The notes under the pieces were generated by a model. It saw only the letters and a program-made list of their open reading frames with translations, searched no databases and was not told the DNA's origin. A stretch of 54,580 nucleotides of DNA, counting the filler, from Sphacelaria rigidula (taxonomy: Eukaryota): assembly GCA_964200075.2 (NCBI GenBank). It is 5 parts of 5 records of this genome, joined end to end, with 100 filler letters (N's around TTAATTAATTAA, not from the genome) between each part and the next. Parts side by side here need not be neighbours in the genome. Positions count along the whole stretch, not along the records: positions 1 to 10,838 come from CAXNAA020005825.1; positions 10,939 to 21,775 come from CAXNAA020005826.1; 3 more parts are not named here. One strand, given 5' to 3'. The translations under genes were made by a program, and so were the position numbers. Position 1 is the stretch's first letter. Each line of letters starts with the position of its first letter. Shown piece after piece: positions 1 through 12,226 of the stretch.

Positions 1-180
1 CTCCGTCCCGGCTTTGTAGGGATGCGAGGTCAATGGTCTGATGACTATGTCATGCATGATCATGAGTACATCTCTCCCCGCGAGGTCAATGTTCTTATGA
101 CTATGGCATGCATGATCATGAGTACACCCCACCCCCCTCCGCCCGCCCCCTCATCCTCCTCAAGATTTTGAGTACACCCC
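1..180 (+). mobile_element. Stacked 3' tails of a non-LTR retroelement family (two near-full tails plus a stub), each ending GAGTACA followed by a C-rich tract
   Basis: The motif (CTCCGTCCCGGCTT..TAGGGAT)GCGAGGTCAATG...GATCATGAGTACA occurs at 1-70 and 80-127. It recurs at about 13995-14095(-), 21930-22010(-), 24385-24490, 32811-32871 and 38270-38375, and resembles the 3' end of the LINE at 37190-38255. Confidence 0.75.
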
Positions 181-2548
181 GCTATCCCACTCTTCGTTTC
201 TGACCTTGCATAAAGGTTTGCGCATCGATCGGAGATCACTAGAAGATTGTATGCAGACCTCCCTCAGCCACTGCATTGGCCCCAGGAGTCTTCCAACGTA
301 TATAGACAACCCGTAGAGTGAACCAACCTTTCTCAAGTGCCCCGTAGAGGATGCAACGTGGTCTCTAGGATACCCCAAAACTCAGCCGCCTCACCGGTGT
401 TCTGGGGTCACCACATCAGTTGCATTTTTCTGACTCATTGTCAACTCGTGCCAACATCTCGAATACGGCGTGTGCCCGTGCTTCGAGAATAGGTGCGCAC
501 TTTCAAACACTCGAAGCAAATTTATTTTTAGAAGCCGGAGTACGTCTGCCGACCTAATTGCTTGAATTTAGGGAACACAATCGCTCCTCCATACCCGCCG
601 AATTCGGGCGTGTAGAAACATATCGTGTGCGGGGCCTTGACCAACGGACAACACCACCCCTTGACTGATTGAAATGTGAGTTTTGCTCTGCGAACGTGAG
701 TCTGGAACAGTTTCCGAGCTTTCCCATTACCACAATGCTCGCGCGGAAACCTAACTTGACGATCACAAGGCGGCGAATGTCCAGATGTGCCATAGACCTG
801 CAGAGCAATCACACATGCAGGTCTGAGGGCCACTGCTCATGACTACGGAGAGCGTTAATTGCTCGAGGGGGGGGGGATCTTGAGTGGTTGAGTGGAATCT
901 GCTTCGTTTGGGGGACAGTGGTTTACGCTATTGGTTTTGAGTGATTGATTGATTGTCGCACCTTCAACTGACCCCCCAGGGATCCAGCCGTGGTTACATC
1001 GCGCTGTATAAGCTCATTAGTTGTCATTTGCGTAGTTGAGTCATTTTTTTTGCTGACAGTTGCTGCGCAACTAGTTACCCAAGTATTTTCCCATCCAACG
1101 GGTGTTCGTACAGGCAACTATAATAGTAGCGCGAATACTTCGGCCGAGAGTTGTCCACATGCAACTACAGTAGTTACGCGAAATTTCCGGCCGAAAGTTA
1201 TGCACAAGCAACTAGTTGCGCTTAAGCTTCGAGCGCAAATTGTCTGCAGCGAGACTGATTGCACAGGTTTCACATCTCATTGGTGTCCAGAAGCAACTAT
1301 TTGCACAGATTTTTTCATCCAGCCGTCGTCTACGAGCCACAACTACGTAGCTGCACAGGTTTCTCATCCAGCAGTCGGCAGTCGACAGACGACTATTTGC
1401 GGAATATTTTTATCCAGTAAGACACGTTCAACTACTCTAACTATGAGTCGTAGGGCTCTTAATCGTCGATTTGTCGTCGTCGGTTTTCGTATTTAGTCGT
1501 AAGACTAGACTCTTTGTCGTCGCCATGTTCGAATTTAATCTTAGGACTCAATTCTGAGCCGTCGCTATTTTTCAAACGTAGTGGTAAAGGTCGACCCTTG
1601 GTCGTTATTGTTCAAATAGCAGTCGGGGTTGACCCTGAACCGTCCATGATTTTTCGATTTTCTAGTCGCATGACTGGAGTTCCAGAAATTCGCTACTTCA
1701 CTCGAGTGCCAAAAACTTTTGCGGGTAGGAGTTATCCTCAACAAATTTGCGAATGACTCCATTCTATATTATTCTTGACTGCACGCCTCCACATAGATTC
1801 ATATTCTTCAGTAATCGGGTACTCCTGAGCAAACGGCGGGTCCCTCATCTCCACTCGAGAACGCGCGTGCAGTAAAGTCAGTAGAGTTCTGTACTACACG
1901 TAGTACAACATATGTGCCGATTGTCGTACAGCGGTGCTGTGCAGTAGTAATACAGAAACTATCGATTTTTCACGGACGTCGGGATTACTGTGCGGTTCAT
2001 CATGATGCTGACAGCGTACCGTCTTGTCCTCCTCATGAACCTCGAGGTGAAGCGCCCGCAGTTGCATGTGGGCGATGCGGAACAACATTTGAATTTTGTA
2101 CACGCTCCTCTACGACGAGGGTGCCGTAGCGGCGATTGACGTGCATCTGTGCGATGGGGTGCCATCACAGCCCAGAAATTTCGCGGGGTGGGTTGCCGTT
2201 GTGGAGTATTCCAACGGAGAGACTTCTTGGGCTTGTGCAAACAACGCCGCTGGGATGCACGCCCCGCCTGCTTGAATTTTGACGGGCGCTCGGGGTCCGG
2301 CCCCCCTCGGGTACATGTCTCACGCCCAACGAGTACAACTCTGAGTCGTGGACAGGGTCTATGATGTCCGAATCGCAGAATATTGGATTCCCGGCCCCAC
2401 CTCCCCCACATTTGATGGAAAATGCATGCGCTCGTGTCAAAGGGTGGCTCCTACTGTAGCCGTGAAATTGACACCAACATGCTCTCAAGTCGAGTGATCA
2501 ACAGGCCATACTGAAGGCAAGTGGTTGCCAAGAGTAGAAGCTGCACAA

Positions 2549-2798
2549 GACACATTCTACGATAGCCCGCCCAAAAAACCAGCCCAGAAGTGTCACGAAA
2601 AAAATGGCCATACAACGCGTGATGTTTGGGTTAAGCTGCATGAAGCGCCTCATATTGGCGAAATTGGCGAGAACGAACCCTAGCGTGGGAATTCCCAGCT
2701 GCTCGTTGTGCTCGGATGCTACCACTTCGATTTACGTGAAGATTTTGCCTCCCCAAACCCTGCAATTTTGTTTTGGGGGGGCTATCGTAGAAAGTCTC
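2549..2798. mobile_element. ~250-bp MITE, probably PIF/Harbinger (Tourist-like)
   Basis: Terminal inverted repeats (TIRs) GACACATTCTACGATAGCCC / GGGCTATCGTAGAAAGTCTC. A reverse-orientation copy at 49211-49459 is flanked by TTA. Confidence 0.8.
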
Positions 2799-3559
2799 AC
2801 AACACCCGCTTTTTCCATGCATTTTTCCGACAGCTTCCTCTCTCTCATACCTCTTACGCAGGACCGTTATGCGACGTTCTGTTGGCGTTTCGGGACTTCC
2901 GAGTGCGGGCGTGGCCACGGACTTTATTCGAGAAGCTCGGATAGCAGCCAACAGCCTGCGCAGTAAATAGACGGGGAAACGACTTGTGTGGTGCAAGGAG
3001 CAGGTGTCAAGCGTGAACATGGCGTGCGGACCCAAGTGTTTGTGTCGAACATATACCTGCGTCCGATCAAAAGCTTATGGACCCATACCTTCGCCCTCTC
3101 TCTAACTTCTAGATTCAGCGAACGGTGAGTACCACTGGAACGGGATATTTTCTGGGAGTTCCAGATGTTTTTTTTCCAGGTAGGCAGGGGCCTTGGATTC
3201 GAATATAGCCCAGAAGGGTGAACGTTGCGTTGAACTTGGAACATAGGGGCGATGGGGAGAGGACAACGTGTGGTGTTGCGGGCCATGAATCATGGAGAAC
3301 TCCTGCAGACTCAGGTGGTTCAGGCGCCATGCTCCTCAAGCAGGAAATGCTTTGAAACACACGGCAGGTCTGATATGGGACGCAGGAAGCGTCGTGTTCA
3401 AATACGTCTATGGAAGAATAACGGGAGACTTGTGGTCCGTGTAATTCACTCACGCAAGCTGTTGAACGTGGAGGAATGCGCGCGTCGATCTACTACACAA
3501 CGAACGGTTTGTTCTCCGCATCTGCAATAATTTAGAATAATAACGAAGACAAGAGTATG

Positions 3560-4520
3560 GCCATCCTTAGTTCATCGACCCCAGCGATTGACCGCGACTG
3601 GGTGGGTGTTCTACCGTTACTCTCCTCGGGAATATAAAGGTTGACTGTTTGAATGTCGGACCTGTTTCCGACCATGCTGCCCAGAAATGCGGGAGTATGC
3701 TCATGCGACTGTGTGAGTAGATTATTGCAACGTCCAACTGTCAGCATGTGCAGCACAAAGTTGAGTCGCCCAGAATTTGCAGCTACGATTGCACGACAAT
3801 GGTATCAGAGTGCGTATGACGCGATATTTGTTTGGAATACGGTACGGGGTAGTTCCCGAAGTTGTTCGTGCATTAGCCACAGCGAGGCGCAGCGCAGTGT
3901 AGTGCGGTGCACATACCAATAGCACCGAGCACATAGCGCACGCTACATCGAGGGAAGGAGAGCCAAATGCAGGGATTACTGCTGCTTATTGGAAAATCAA
4001 GCAACCTACGCGCCAATGTTCCGTTGTGGTTGTACACTAGGTGCACCAGACCCAACCTCTAGACATGCTACAACCGTCTGCCCGCAGCCCTCTTGTGATT
4101 TGTCCAAACTATCTCATCTACAGGGAACACACCCAACGCTGCTGTTTCCACTGGCGATTTGGTCACGGCTGCAATATTTACGCGGACGACCACTTGGTCC
4201 TCGAGGATGCGATGATGGCCGGCTTCGACGGTTGCAGTCGCGTGATGCGGGCTCCCTTGATACTCAAATAGATTAGGGGTAGTGAGGGTCTTGGTCTGCA
4301 ATGAAAAGAAACAATAACATCGTTGGGCGCCGTATCAAAATGCGCCAAGGGAGCAAATGAGTTGATCGGTTGGCGGGTAAGAGATCGGCGTGTACGGTGA
4401 GTCAAGTTCAATACCAGATCGATGGTTGGATTACATCTACCCCGACAGAGAATCTCCGTCCTGGAGTTCCGGTGCTAAATCCAACGTGGTGTGAACACCC
4501 GGGCATACAAAACTGCGGGG
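3560..4520 (+). pseudogene. Degenerate reverse transcriptase of a non-LTR retrotransposon, CRE/R2-like
   Basis: RT-like motifs in the correct order, broken by frameshifts and stops: FGIRYGVVPEVV (~3831), PTLLF...IWSR (~4132), IYADD (YADD at 4179-4190), LVCNEKK (~4290), ISVL/GVPV (~4450). The element may extend from about 1900 to 4860. Confidence 0.6.
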
Positions 4521-5082
4521 GAAAACTCCCCGCAAGCCGGTGGCAAGTGTGTCAAACAACGACTTCGATTTGGGATGTATGCGCTAGAAAAACAGAAGTG
4601 TGGCAAATACAAGTCGTACTCCCGGCCAAAAAGGCGAACCAGGAGGCGGAGATCGGAATCCCCACCGAGTGCATGTCACCGAAGGAAACCGGACATTCAA
4701 CCGCCCAATCAACGGGACAAAGTGCACCACCAGCATCCAATCGAGATCCGTGGAAGAATTGAACGCCAAACCAATGCTGCACTTACCACGCCCCGCGGAC
4801 AACTGCAGAAACATCACCAAGTCTGCGAGTAGCTCGATTTGTTGGTCTCCTTCATTATGCACCCCCGCCTCAATTCTGAGCTCTGTTCACCGTTCTCCTC
4901 CTCCCCCTCGTCCAGGGCGATATTCTGTAAAAATCAAGCCAGGCAACAGTTTTTTTTTCTTTTCCAACGCACACAATGGCATGCGCACAACTTCCCTTCT
5001 ATCAACTCTTTGCTTCTTTTGCGATGGCACGGCCATATCTAAACGAGGATAATCAAGGAAACGCGACAGCACGATAGTCTAC

Positions 5083-5452
5083 CTGTGCGCTCGATGTGCC
5101 ATGCAGAACCGCCCCGCTATTGAGAAACACAAGACTCGAGAAAAATTTGAACCTGAGGTTTGAAAAAAACAAAACAAAAGCGAAATCCGATATGAGGTAA
5201 TGGGGCTCAACGGTTCCAGTATCAGGTCCTGTTTCAACTCTAGAAAAAACGGCTGTCTGGGTTATACGCAATTATCTTTGATTTCTAAATATTCGACGTT
5301 CGATTCAATGATCGAGGGCAAGGAACGACCGAACCCTTCTCGCCATGAAAAGTAAGCCAAGCCCCGCAGAGGGCAGGTAAGGAATAATAATAATGAAAAA
5401 AACTGTCTGACCTTCCTCCTGTGTTACACCGGCTGGTGCTCCCCCACATACA
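5083..5452 (-). CDS. Two possible small orphan exons (5412-5452 and 5083-5152), product unknown
   Basis: Pyrimidine-rich acceptors (cttctag, ttttttcaaacctcag) and GT donors. The joined frame is open (CMWGSTSRCNTGGRFKFFSSLVFLNSGAVLHGTSSAQ). I recognise no homology, so this may be spurious. Confidence 0.25.
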
Positions 5453-6727
5453 CTAGAAGGTGTAGGCGACCAGAATAAATAGAATGAAACACACACACAT
5501 GAAATGTATCGCCCAGGTCATGGTCTACATTAGATCATCTCTTGTGGCCTCAGAAATTGGCAAGGTGGGAATGTTGCAGCAGTTCCGTGCAGTTATAAGG
5601 GGTGCCCCCCTATAGTGCCGGTTAATGCGAGCCAAAAAAAGTCGGCACTGTACTGTACCTGTCCCGCGTAAAACCGGTTCATGCCGGTTCAAGCACAGAG
5701 CGGGACGACCGATCATACAGTGTTGACAGACAAAAAATGGCGGAAGTCACAAAAGCATTATTGCGAACTAACGGCATATCCGCTTGAGTAGAAAAGCCCT
5801 GGTTCACTTATACAGAGGACACATGTGCATGTATGTACTGTGGCAGAGATAGGTTGCCCCCTTGTGGTTGCGGGCTCGTCCCGAGTCGTCCCAGGCACGG
5901 GGGTGCAAGTGTAACCGTAAGAAACTGAGTGCATGCTGGATGGACACAATCGCGAGCACACCATATATACGTACGTGTGTATGACGAAAAAAACATGACT
6001 CAATGGTACTGTTATGTCATTTGTTCAGTATTTTATCCCTCCCTTAGCAAACGTAGAACACCAGGACGACAACAAAATTGCAGCGCGGTGCCGAGAATCG
6101 ACCTTACCATCGCAGCAACAACGTCCTCTCTATTTAACTCTTTGAGGCGGCCAATCTACAGACCCATGTATCCCGACAAGTGCCTCCAGATCGACAGTCA
6201 CTTATCCTCGCCACAAGGCGCAGCTGTCACACTGGTGACCCGATGTCTGACAGCGGGCTTTCATCAACCCCATTTTTGCCTCCTGAAGAAAAAACGTCAC
6301 TTGGCTGGCTCCCCGAGCTCGGCATTGCTGTCGGAATCAGGCACGCCGCATATGAGTGGAGATATCCGTAGTACTGGCGACATTTTGCGGCTCGTATACG
6401 CTGAAGGGCGGGGTAATGTGGTACTTGATCCTGCAGCGGTCATCCGCCACGCACGACACGCTCCCAACAGACAGAGGGCGTACTCCTATAGGCAGTGCAT
6501 ACTCATGTAGACAGTCACGGATGAGAGCACTTGCCGCGTGAATAAACTTGCGCGCATTCACAATGACCCGGCTTCACGCCGGTCTGACAAAGCAATAGTG
6601 AAGAATGAGCAGTACCCCCCCAGGTGTCCATGTGTCAGTAGGCCACCCCCTTTTTCTCCGCGGGGGGTTCGAAATCGTTGCTTTGGCGGAAAAGACAGCC
6701 TCCGTGGAAACAGGGGGGTCTTGGCCC

Positions 6728-6849
6728 GCTAGGCCACTGGCACGCATATAGCTCATTTCCTCCCCGGGAGGCATTTGAGCGCCCCCTGGCTAGGCCACTG
6801 TCGCGCATATAGCTCATTTCCTCCCCGGGAGGCATTTGAGCGCCCCCTG
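6728..6849. repeat. 61-bp tandem duplication (2 copies)
   Basis: GCTAGGCCACTG..C.CGCATATAGCTCATTTCCTCCCCGGGAGGCATTTGAGCGCCCCCTG starts at 6728 and at 6789. Confidence 0.95.
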
Positions 6850-7841
6850 TAGCTTCTCTGCAATCGCTTCCGCATCTACGCTGTTTCAAGGGTCAACTGC
6901 AACGCCATTATAGGAGGGTACGACGGCGTACACGGCGCAGCCATCCTGCTTGCTACGAGCGTTCCACGAGGACGATAGTAGCGAAAGTGCGCTAGAGTGT
7001 AACAAAACCCCAACTTGGCTGCTCAACCATGGTTTACTACTGCGATCCCATTGGTCAAAACGGAAACGCGGGAAATATTCATCAGCCCCCGGGGGTAGGA
7101 GCCTTGACAAATAAGGCATGCCTAACCCGAAGTTATCTGATCTTGACTGATCTCCGAGAAAAACCAGCGGTCTCCGGAAAAAATTGAAGTTTGGCCAAGA
7201 AAAACAACTGCGGCCACCGGGAAAGCGCACAGGTGTGTTGGAATTGTCTCAACGAGCACAGCAAGGCACTCGTAGGTCTTAAAATCCGCCTACAGTAGCT
7301 CTCTTTCGAACGTACAACGACGCAGAAGGTCCAGAGAGACAGTTTCCCAGACTTTCTTTTTTGTTTGCATCATAAGAAGCGGCCTTAGGTGCACAGCTCA
7401 ACGCAAAGCGAGAAGGAAGAACAGCTTTCGTAAGCCACGAGCCGCCGACGTCGCGGTCATTCCGACAAATTCAGTCTCGCGCAAAATGCCATCGTGATTG
7501 TCTAGATATGAAAATGGAGGACCTGAAACGCGTACTTCTGCTGCCGTGACTGTCAGCAACATGCGACATTTTTATTCCTAGTCCATATCGTTTCTGGGCA
7601 TAGGTCATGATACACCCACCGGGAGTCGAGCAAGAGCTTCTGTTAGGGACGGCGTGCAGTCAGGAACAAGGCCGTTCAAGCCACCGTGGCGTTGGCCGGG
7701 GCGTCGTTGTCCTTTTTCGCGTTATCGGACGGTAGTGAGCGACGCACATGCAACACAGTGACGTATGTTGTGTAACCATCAAAAACCTTGTGGTATAACC
7801 GTCAGCAAGTACCCAACGCTGTGATGACGTGACAACAACAT

Positions 7842-8096
7842 AAATGGTCGGGTGAATCATCGCTAGTTCGAATAATCAAATCTACGATTTCTGAGGCCTG
7901 GTCACTCGAAGGAGAGAAAAAAGCGTTGACCGCGAGTCAAAAAACACTATATGCACAACTTTTGCGCTATTCCGCGTGCCTGGGGGGCGCGTACCTGGGG
8001 TGCAACGATGAAAACGGAGCTCAAGGGTTGACGTACGAAATAAGTACCCTAAAAGCAAGTAACTCTCAGACGAAGAATGTTTTGTCCGACGCTTGA
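7842..8096. mobile_element. MITE, CCAAGGGTCGGAC-TIR family (diverged copy)
   Basis: Shares the core CAACTTTTGCGC.ATTCC.CGTG.CTGG...GTACCTGGG.TGCAACG and the end TTTGTCCGAC with the copies at 19836, 38581 and 52963. Confidence 0.75.
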
Positions 8097-8210
8097 ACAA
8101 TATGATCATCATATTACGGACAAATTACAAAATTGGCCCTTGGTGATTTTGGTTAATCTACGGTCATCCAATTCCCCTGACCTCAGACTGCATGTAATTT
8201 CAAACCAGGC

Positions 8211-8550
8211 TTTTTATTATTATTTGTCGCACTTTGAACCCACCTCCTTCCTCGGGACGACTTCGTGATCTCAAGGGATCAACCCATCTCTCCCTGATAC
8301 ACGCCTTAAGTACGCCCCCCCCCTCGGTACACGCCTTGCATTTTGGTCTCGCGGATTGGATCATGACTAGCACTTGCGCACCGCGTCAAATCACGTCGAA
8401 CAAACTCAGTCGACCACTTTATTTACTCACGTTCTTACATTTTCCCCGGTGGAAACCAGACATTACGAAGAAAACCCCCGACACATCGGGAATCGAACCC
8501 TCGTCTCCCCACCCTAACGACGACAGTCGGACCACTCCACCACCGGGGCG
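8211..8550 (-). mobile_element. tRNA-derived SINE, full length
   Basis: Minus-strand head CGCCCCGGTGGTGGAGTGG (box A) ... GGGTTCGATTCCC (box B). The body ends AAAGTGCGACAAAT plus an (AAT)n tail. Headless copies at ~11500-11730, ~20513-20705 and ~15710-15762(+). Confidence 0.8.
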
Positions 8551-9044
8551 CGGCGGCAAACCCCCTTAAACGTCGTACACAGTAGCACGGGAGAGTGCTA
8601 CGAAATCGTGTATAAATATGAAGCGCCCGTTCATGTACGGGTGAAAACGCCCCGTCGAGGGACCTACCAACACCGATTTGTTCCTAACAAGTGACACCTC
8701 AAATTGCGTCGACAGTAAACTCCAGCACGGTGCGACAAACCTCGTTCAGCTCCGGCGTGTATACTGTTTGGTCTTTCACGTGCGACACTTGGTTCACATG
8801 TAGTTAGTACAGCTCAAGTGCCGTCAGCACAGTACAAGTGACGGTACAGTGATTCTGTCCCCCAGTCAGACATGTCGAACCCCCCGGTGTCCCCCCGTGA
8901 CGCCGCACTCATCTTGTCTTGAGAGCACGCGCCTCTTCACATCCAACCTGTTCCGAAATATTACCATACAACACGTATGGAAAGTATTTCGCAATGCTGC
9001 TGCTTATCTGACTGTTCTTCCACGCGGTGCTGTCCGCCAACAAC

Positions 9045-9300
9045 CTCATTAATTCATGTTTTTTCCTCAAAAGATCACCTTACCACTCCCCCACTACCCG
9101 CCTTGCAATATGTCATCGAGCACTGGACGATCATCGGCACTTCGAGAGTGCTTCCACTACAATGCATTTTCTGGTCAACTCATTTCCGAACCCTTCCCAC
9201 GGCAGAGACCAGTACAATAATCAATTCCTGTCGGGAATCGAATACATATTTTCCGCTCTATAAGTGGCTGATGATGTACCAGTTTCGCCACCGGGGTGCC
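9045..9300 (-). mobile_element. Diverged tRNA-headed SINE-like element
   Basis: Minus-strand head GGCACCCCGGTGGCGAAACTGG...TATTCGATTCCCGAC resembles the head at 8550. Confidence 0.5.
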
Positions 9301-9756
9301 GCGGACCTCATGCACAGCACAAGAGCAGGACATCCATACCTCGGCATCCCCCCCATTGTTACGTATGAAGCAGGACTACACGCCTCAATGTCATAACGAA
9401 CTTATTCAAGTACATCCGCGTACGTAAAAGGAAGGACACGAGAAAACGGAGCCGGTCTATAGATCGCGGGGACTCGGGGGTTATTCGCCTATCGAAGACA
9501 TTTTTCCCAGGCGTGACATCTGAGCACTTCAACGGGAGAAGCGCAAGGTTTGCATAGAGGTATGCTGTGAGCCATGCAATTGAAATATGTATGCGCCCGA
9601 AAGTACCGTATGCACGTACGTATGATAAATTATTCAGAGAACGCGCGTTTCCGAAACCTGTACTTGCAAGTACCGCACAGACTGCGTTTGACAGTGATAA
9701 AAGCTGAACGAGCGCGAGGTGACGAGGAACATTTGTGCACGCATCAGTACCTGCTG

Positions 9757-10822
9757 CGAGCTGGGCCGACCATCAGTGATTTTCAAACGAAGAGTGGGGA
9801 TGCGTTTGGCAAATCGAAGAGTTAGGCCCTGAATTTTGACACAACATTTTCATCATCAATCCGCGCAACACTCCGAGTGGTGCAGAAGGAAAAAAACAAA
9901 CAGACAGAAGTTAGAGCGAGTTAAAGTTTCAGCAAAAACAGAAAAAAAATTACAACTTCCTAAACCAATGTTTGAAACGATGACAATGCTCGGGTACATA
10001 CGGGCACTTGCGTCAACCACATCCTTGCAAAGTTTCAGCAAAAATTCGTAAAATTGGGGTTCGCGTCGCACATTTTGTGTGACCCCGGTGGTCAAACGAA
10101 TACAACAGCCTCAAATCACACAGGTCATGAGTTCGAATCCCGGCATGACCATATGATGCTATGCCCGTATCATCAGTTGCGGTACCCGCGTCCTACGATA
10201 CAGTCGTGCACGCGCTGTAGAAGCTGCACGGCGCTTTTGCTTCGACCAGTTCTCATATCAAGCACGACCAACAACCTCGTATCGCAGAGTGTGGCCATGT
10301 CTTTTGAAGGAGCATGAAACGGGGCGGAGACCGGGGCGATTTCGCTCGGCAAACATGTCTTCTGAGATTTCGGGAGAACACTGTACAATCGTTTAAACAC
10401 GACAGCAGCTTTCATCGCTCTGTTGAACTTGCCTTTCGGGAGTGGTCGAGCAGGTTTTCTGCTGTTAGACAGCGACATCAAGTTGTACGGTAGAGATTGC
10501 AGAACTCCTCGACTACTTTCGCCTGCACATATCGGGTGTTCGCGTGCCTGTGCGGCGGCATGTACTGTCGTAATTCCACCGCATTTTGCGAGACGCAAGT
10601 CTTCAGACACGCTATCGCACGAAGAATTGGGACGTATTCGGTACTCAATGCAGTAAGTAGAATAACATCATCGCCAAAAGTGCATCAATCTAGCAGCGGC
10701 GGTGCCTATGTTACCAGGTTAGTCAGCAGTTCACAGCGATATGCTCAGGTCGTGCTGATTCGGGAAACTTGAAGAGTTGTGGTGACGACAGAGAATGCTG
10801 GGTTTATGACCGGCCCAGCTCG
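9757..10822. mobile_element. Non-autonomous Tc1/mariner-like element, CGAGCTGGGCC-TIR family
   Basis: TIRs CGAGCTGGGCCG / CGGCCCAGCTCG, with TA on the right and TG on the left. The right arm is homologous to the arms starting at 14593 and 17249. Contains a tRNA-like A/B-box head at ~10082-10145. Confidence 0.65.
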
Positions 10823-10838
10823 TACAACTGCGCAGTCA

Positions 10839-10938
10839 NNNNNNNNNNNNNNNNNNNNNNNNNNNNNNNNNNNNNNNNNNNNTTAATTAATTAANNNNNN
10901 NNNNNNNNNNNNNNNNNNNNNNNNNNNNNNNNNNNNNN
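10839..10938. other. Artificial contig linker N44-TTAATTAATTAA-N44
   Basis: Identical 100-nt linker with stops in all six frames, present four times. Confidence 0.98.
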
Positions 10939-11499
10939 AGGTGCTTTATTTTCTGGTATCGCCACTTCCAGAGACAGCCACGGCTCATACCCTGCCTCAT
11001 GGGTGTCCATCCGGGGGGGACTATAGTAGAAATAATCAAACACGAGAAAATGCGATGAAAAGCAGTGATCTCAGTGATCTCCCACAGAGATAAAAAGAAG
11101 AAAGAGAAAAGAAAAAAGCGAATAGAACTAAAACTGTTACAGCCCCGGGGCCCCGCCGACGCCCACTCCTTCAGTAGCCAAATCAATTGGTCACATACAT
11201 TTTTTTTTCAACATTGAGATCGCGGTGCGTGTAGTCCACCTGGATGACGCAAACTTTTCTCAGGAGAATTTTGATGCCGATTCAGTAGGTGACCAACCCC
11301 CGCGGTCGGAGGGTTAAAACGACTTCCCCGCCTCTAGATTGGCACCGATCCACGCCGGGGCACCCAGACCGGTACATTCGCACCCATCAAAGCTACAATA
11401 CGCCTGAGCAACCTTGCGGGGGCAATTTTTAGAGTAGAAGCAGCGTGAAGATCGCCGACAACGAACACTATTACTATTAATATTTACTTATTCATCCAT

Positions 11500-11730
11500 T
11501 TTTATTTGTCGCACTTCGAACCCCTCCCCTTCCTCGGGACAAGTCCGTGGTCTCAAGGGATCAACTCATCTCTCCCCGTTACGGAACGCGCCTTGCCTTT
11601 CGGTCTCGCCGGATTGGGTAATGACCAGCACTCTCACACCGCGTCAACTCACGTCGAAAAAACTCAGTTATTACCTACTTGTTGTCTTCCCAGGTTCCCA
11701 CGCTTTCCACGGTGGAAATCAGATATTAAC
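11500..11730 (-). mobile_element. 5'-truncated copy of the tRNA-derived SINE
   Basis: TTGTCGCACTTCGAACCC...CCTTCCTCGGGAC...TCTCAAGGGATCAAC...CACCGCGTCAA matches 8222-8460. Confidence 0.8.
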
Positions 11731-12226
11731 GAAGCACAAGACCTAGCAAGGATCTTACGGCTATTGCAGCTGAGGTTTCGGCGAAGCATTAAACACCAAG
11801 CAGCACTCGAAACGTTTTGACCCGGTACTGTACGAGTAAAAGTTGGAGTGGTGATAAAATGGTGCAAGAAAAATGCTTGCACATTTCAGAGTGGGACCCG
11901 ATTTTTCTTTATCATCTAACAATTTCAACTGTTTTGGAATCGGGAATACACTGCAACGGAATTTTTTGCTGCATATTTTTTTCCGGAGGACAGCACGGCC
12001 ATGGATTTGAGGAAGAAGGCGGAGGACTCATAAATGGTGGATAACTCGAAAGAACTGGAGGGTGGTGACGCGGCCATTGAAAATATCAAGTCAAAAGTTG
12101 CAACAGACATAAATGTACTGGGTGAAGTACAGGTCTATTGTAAATATTGTCGACCACCAACAGCTACACTAGGCCTATACCTCACCGAGTAAATGTTTTG
12201 TCCATGGCAACATCACATTTTGTCCA

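Noticed and set aside
180..840. Possible hAT transposase remnant on the minus strand (TRYVST; EFWGILETTLHPL)
   Set aside because: The similarity is too weak and fragmented to support without a profile search.
5929..7400. Several 60-190 aa ORFs in contig 1
   Set aside because: No recognisable motif or consistent exon chain. They are possibly old transposon sequence.
10883..10894. Regularly spaced TTAATTAATTAA palindromes, about every 10.9 kb
   Set aside because: They sit in N-runs of fixed length and are an assembly linker, not biology.
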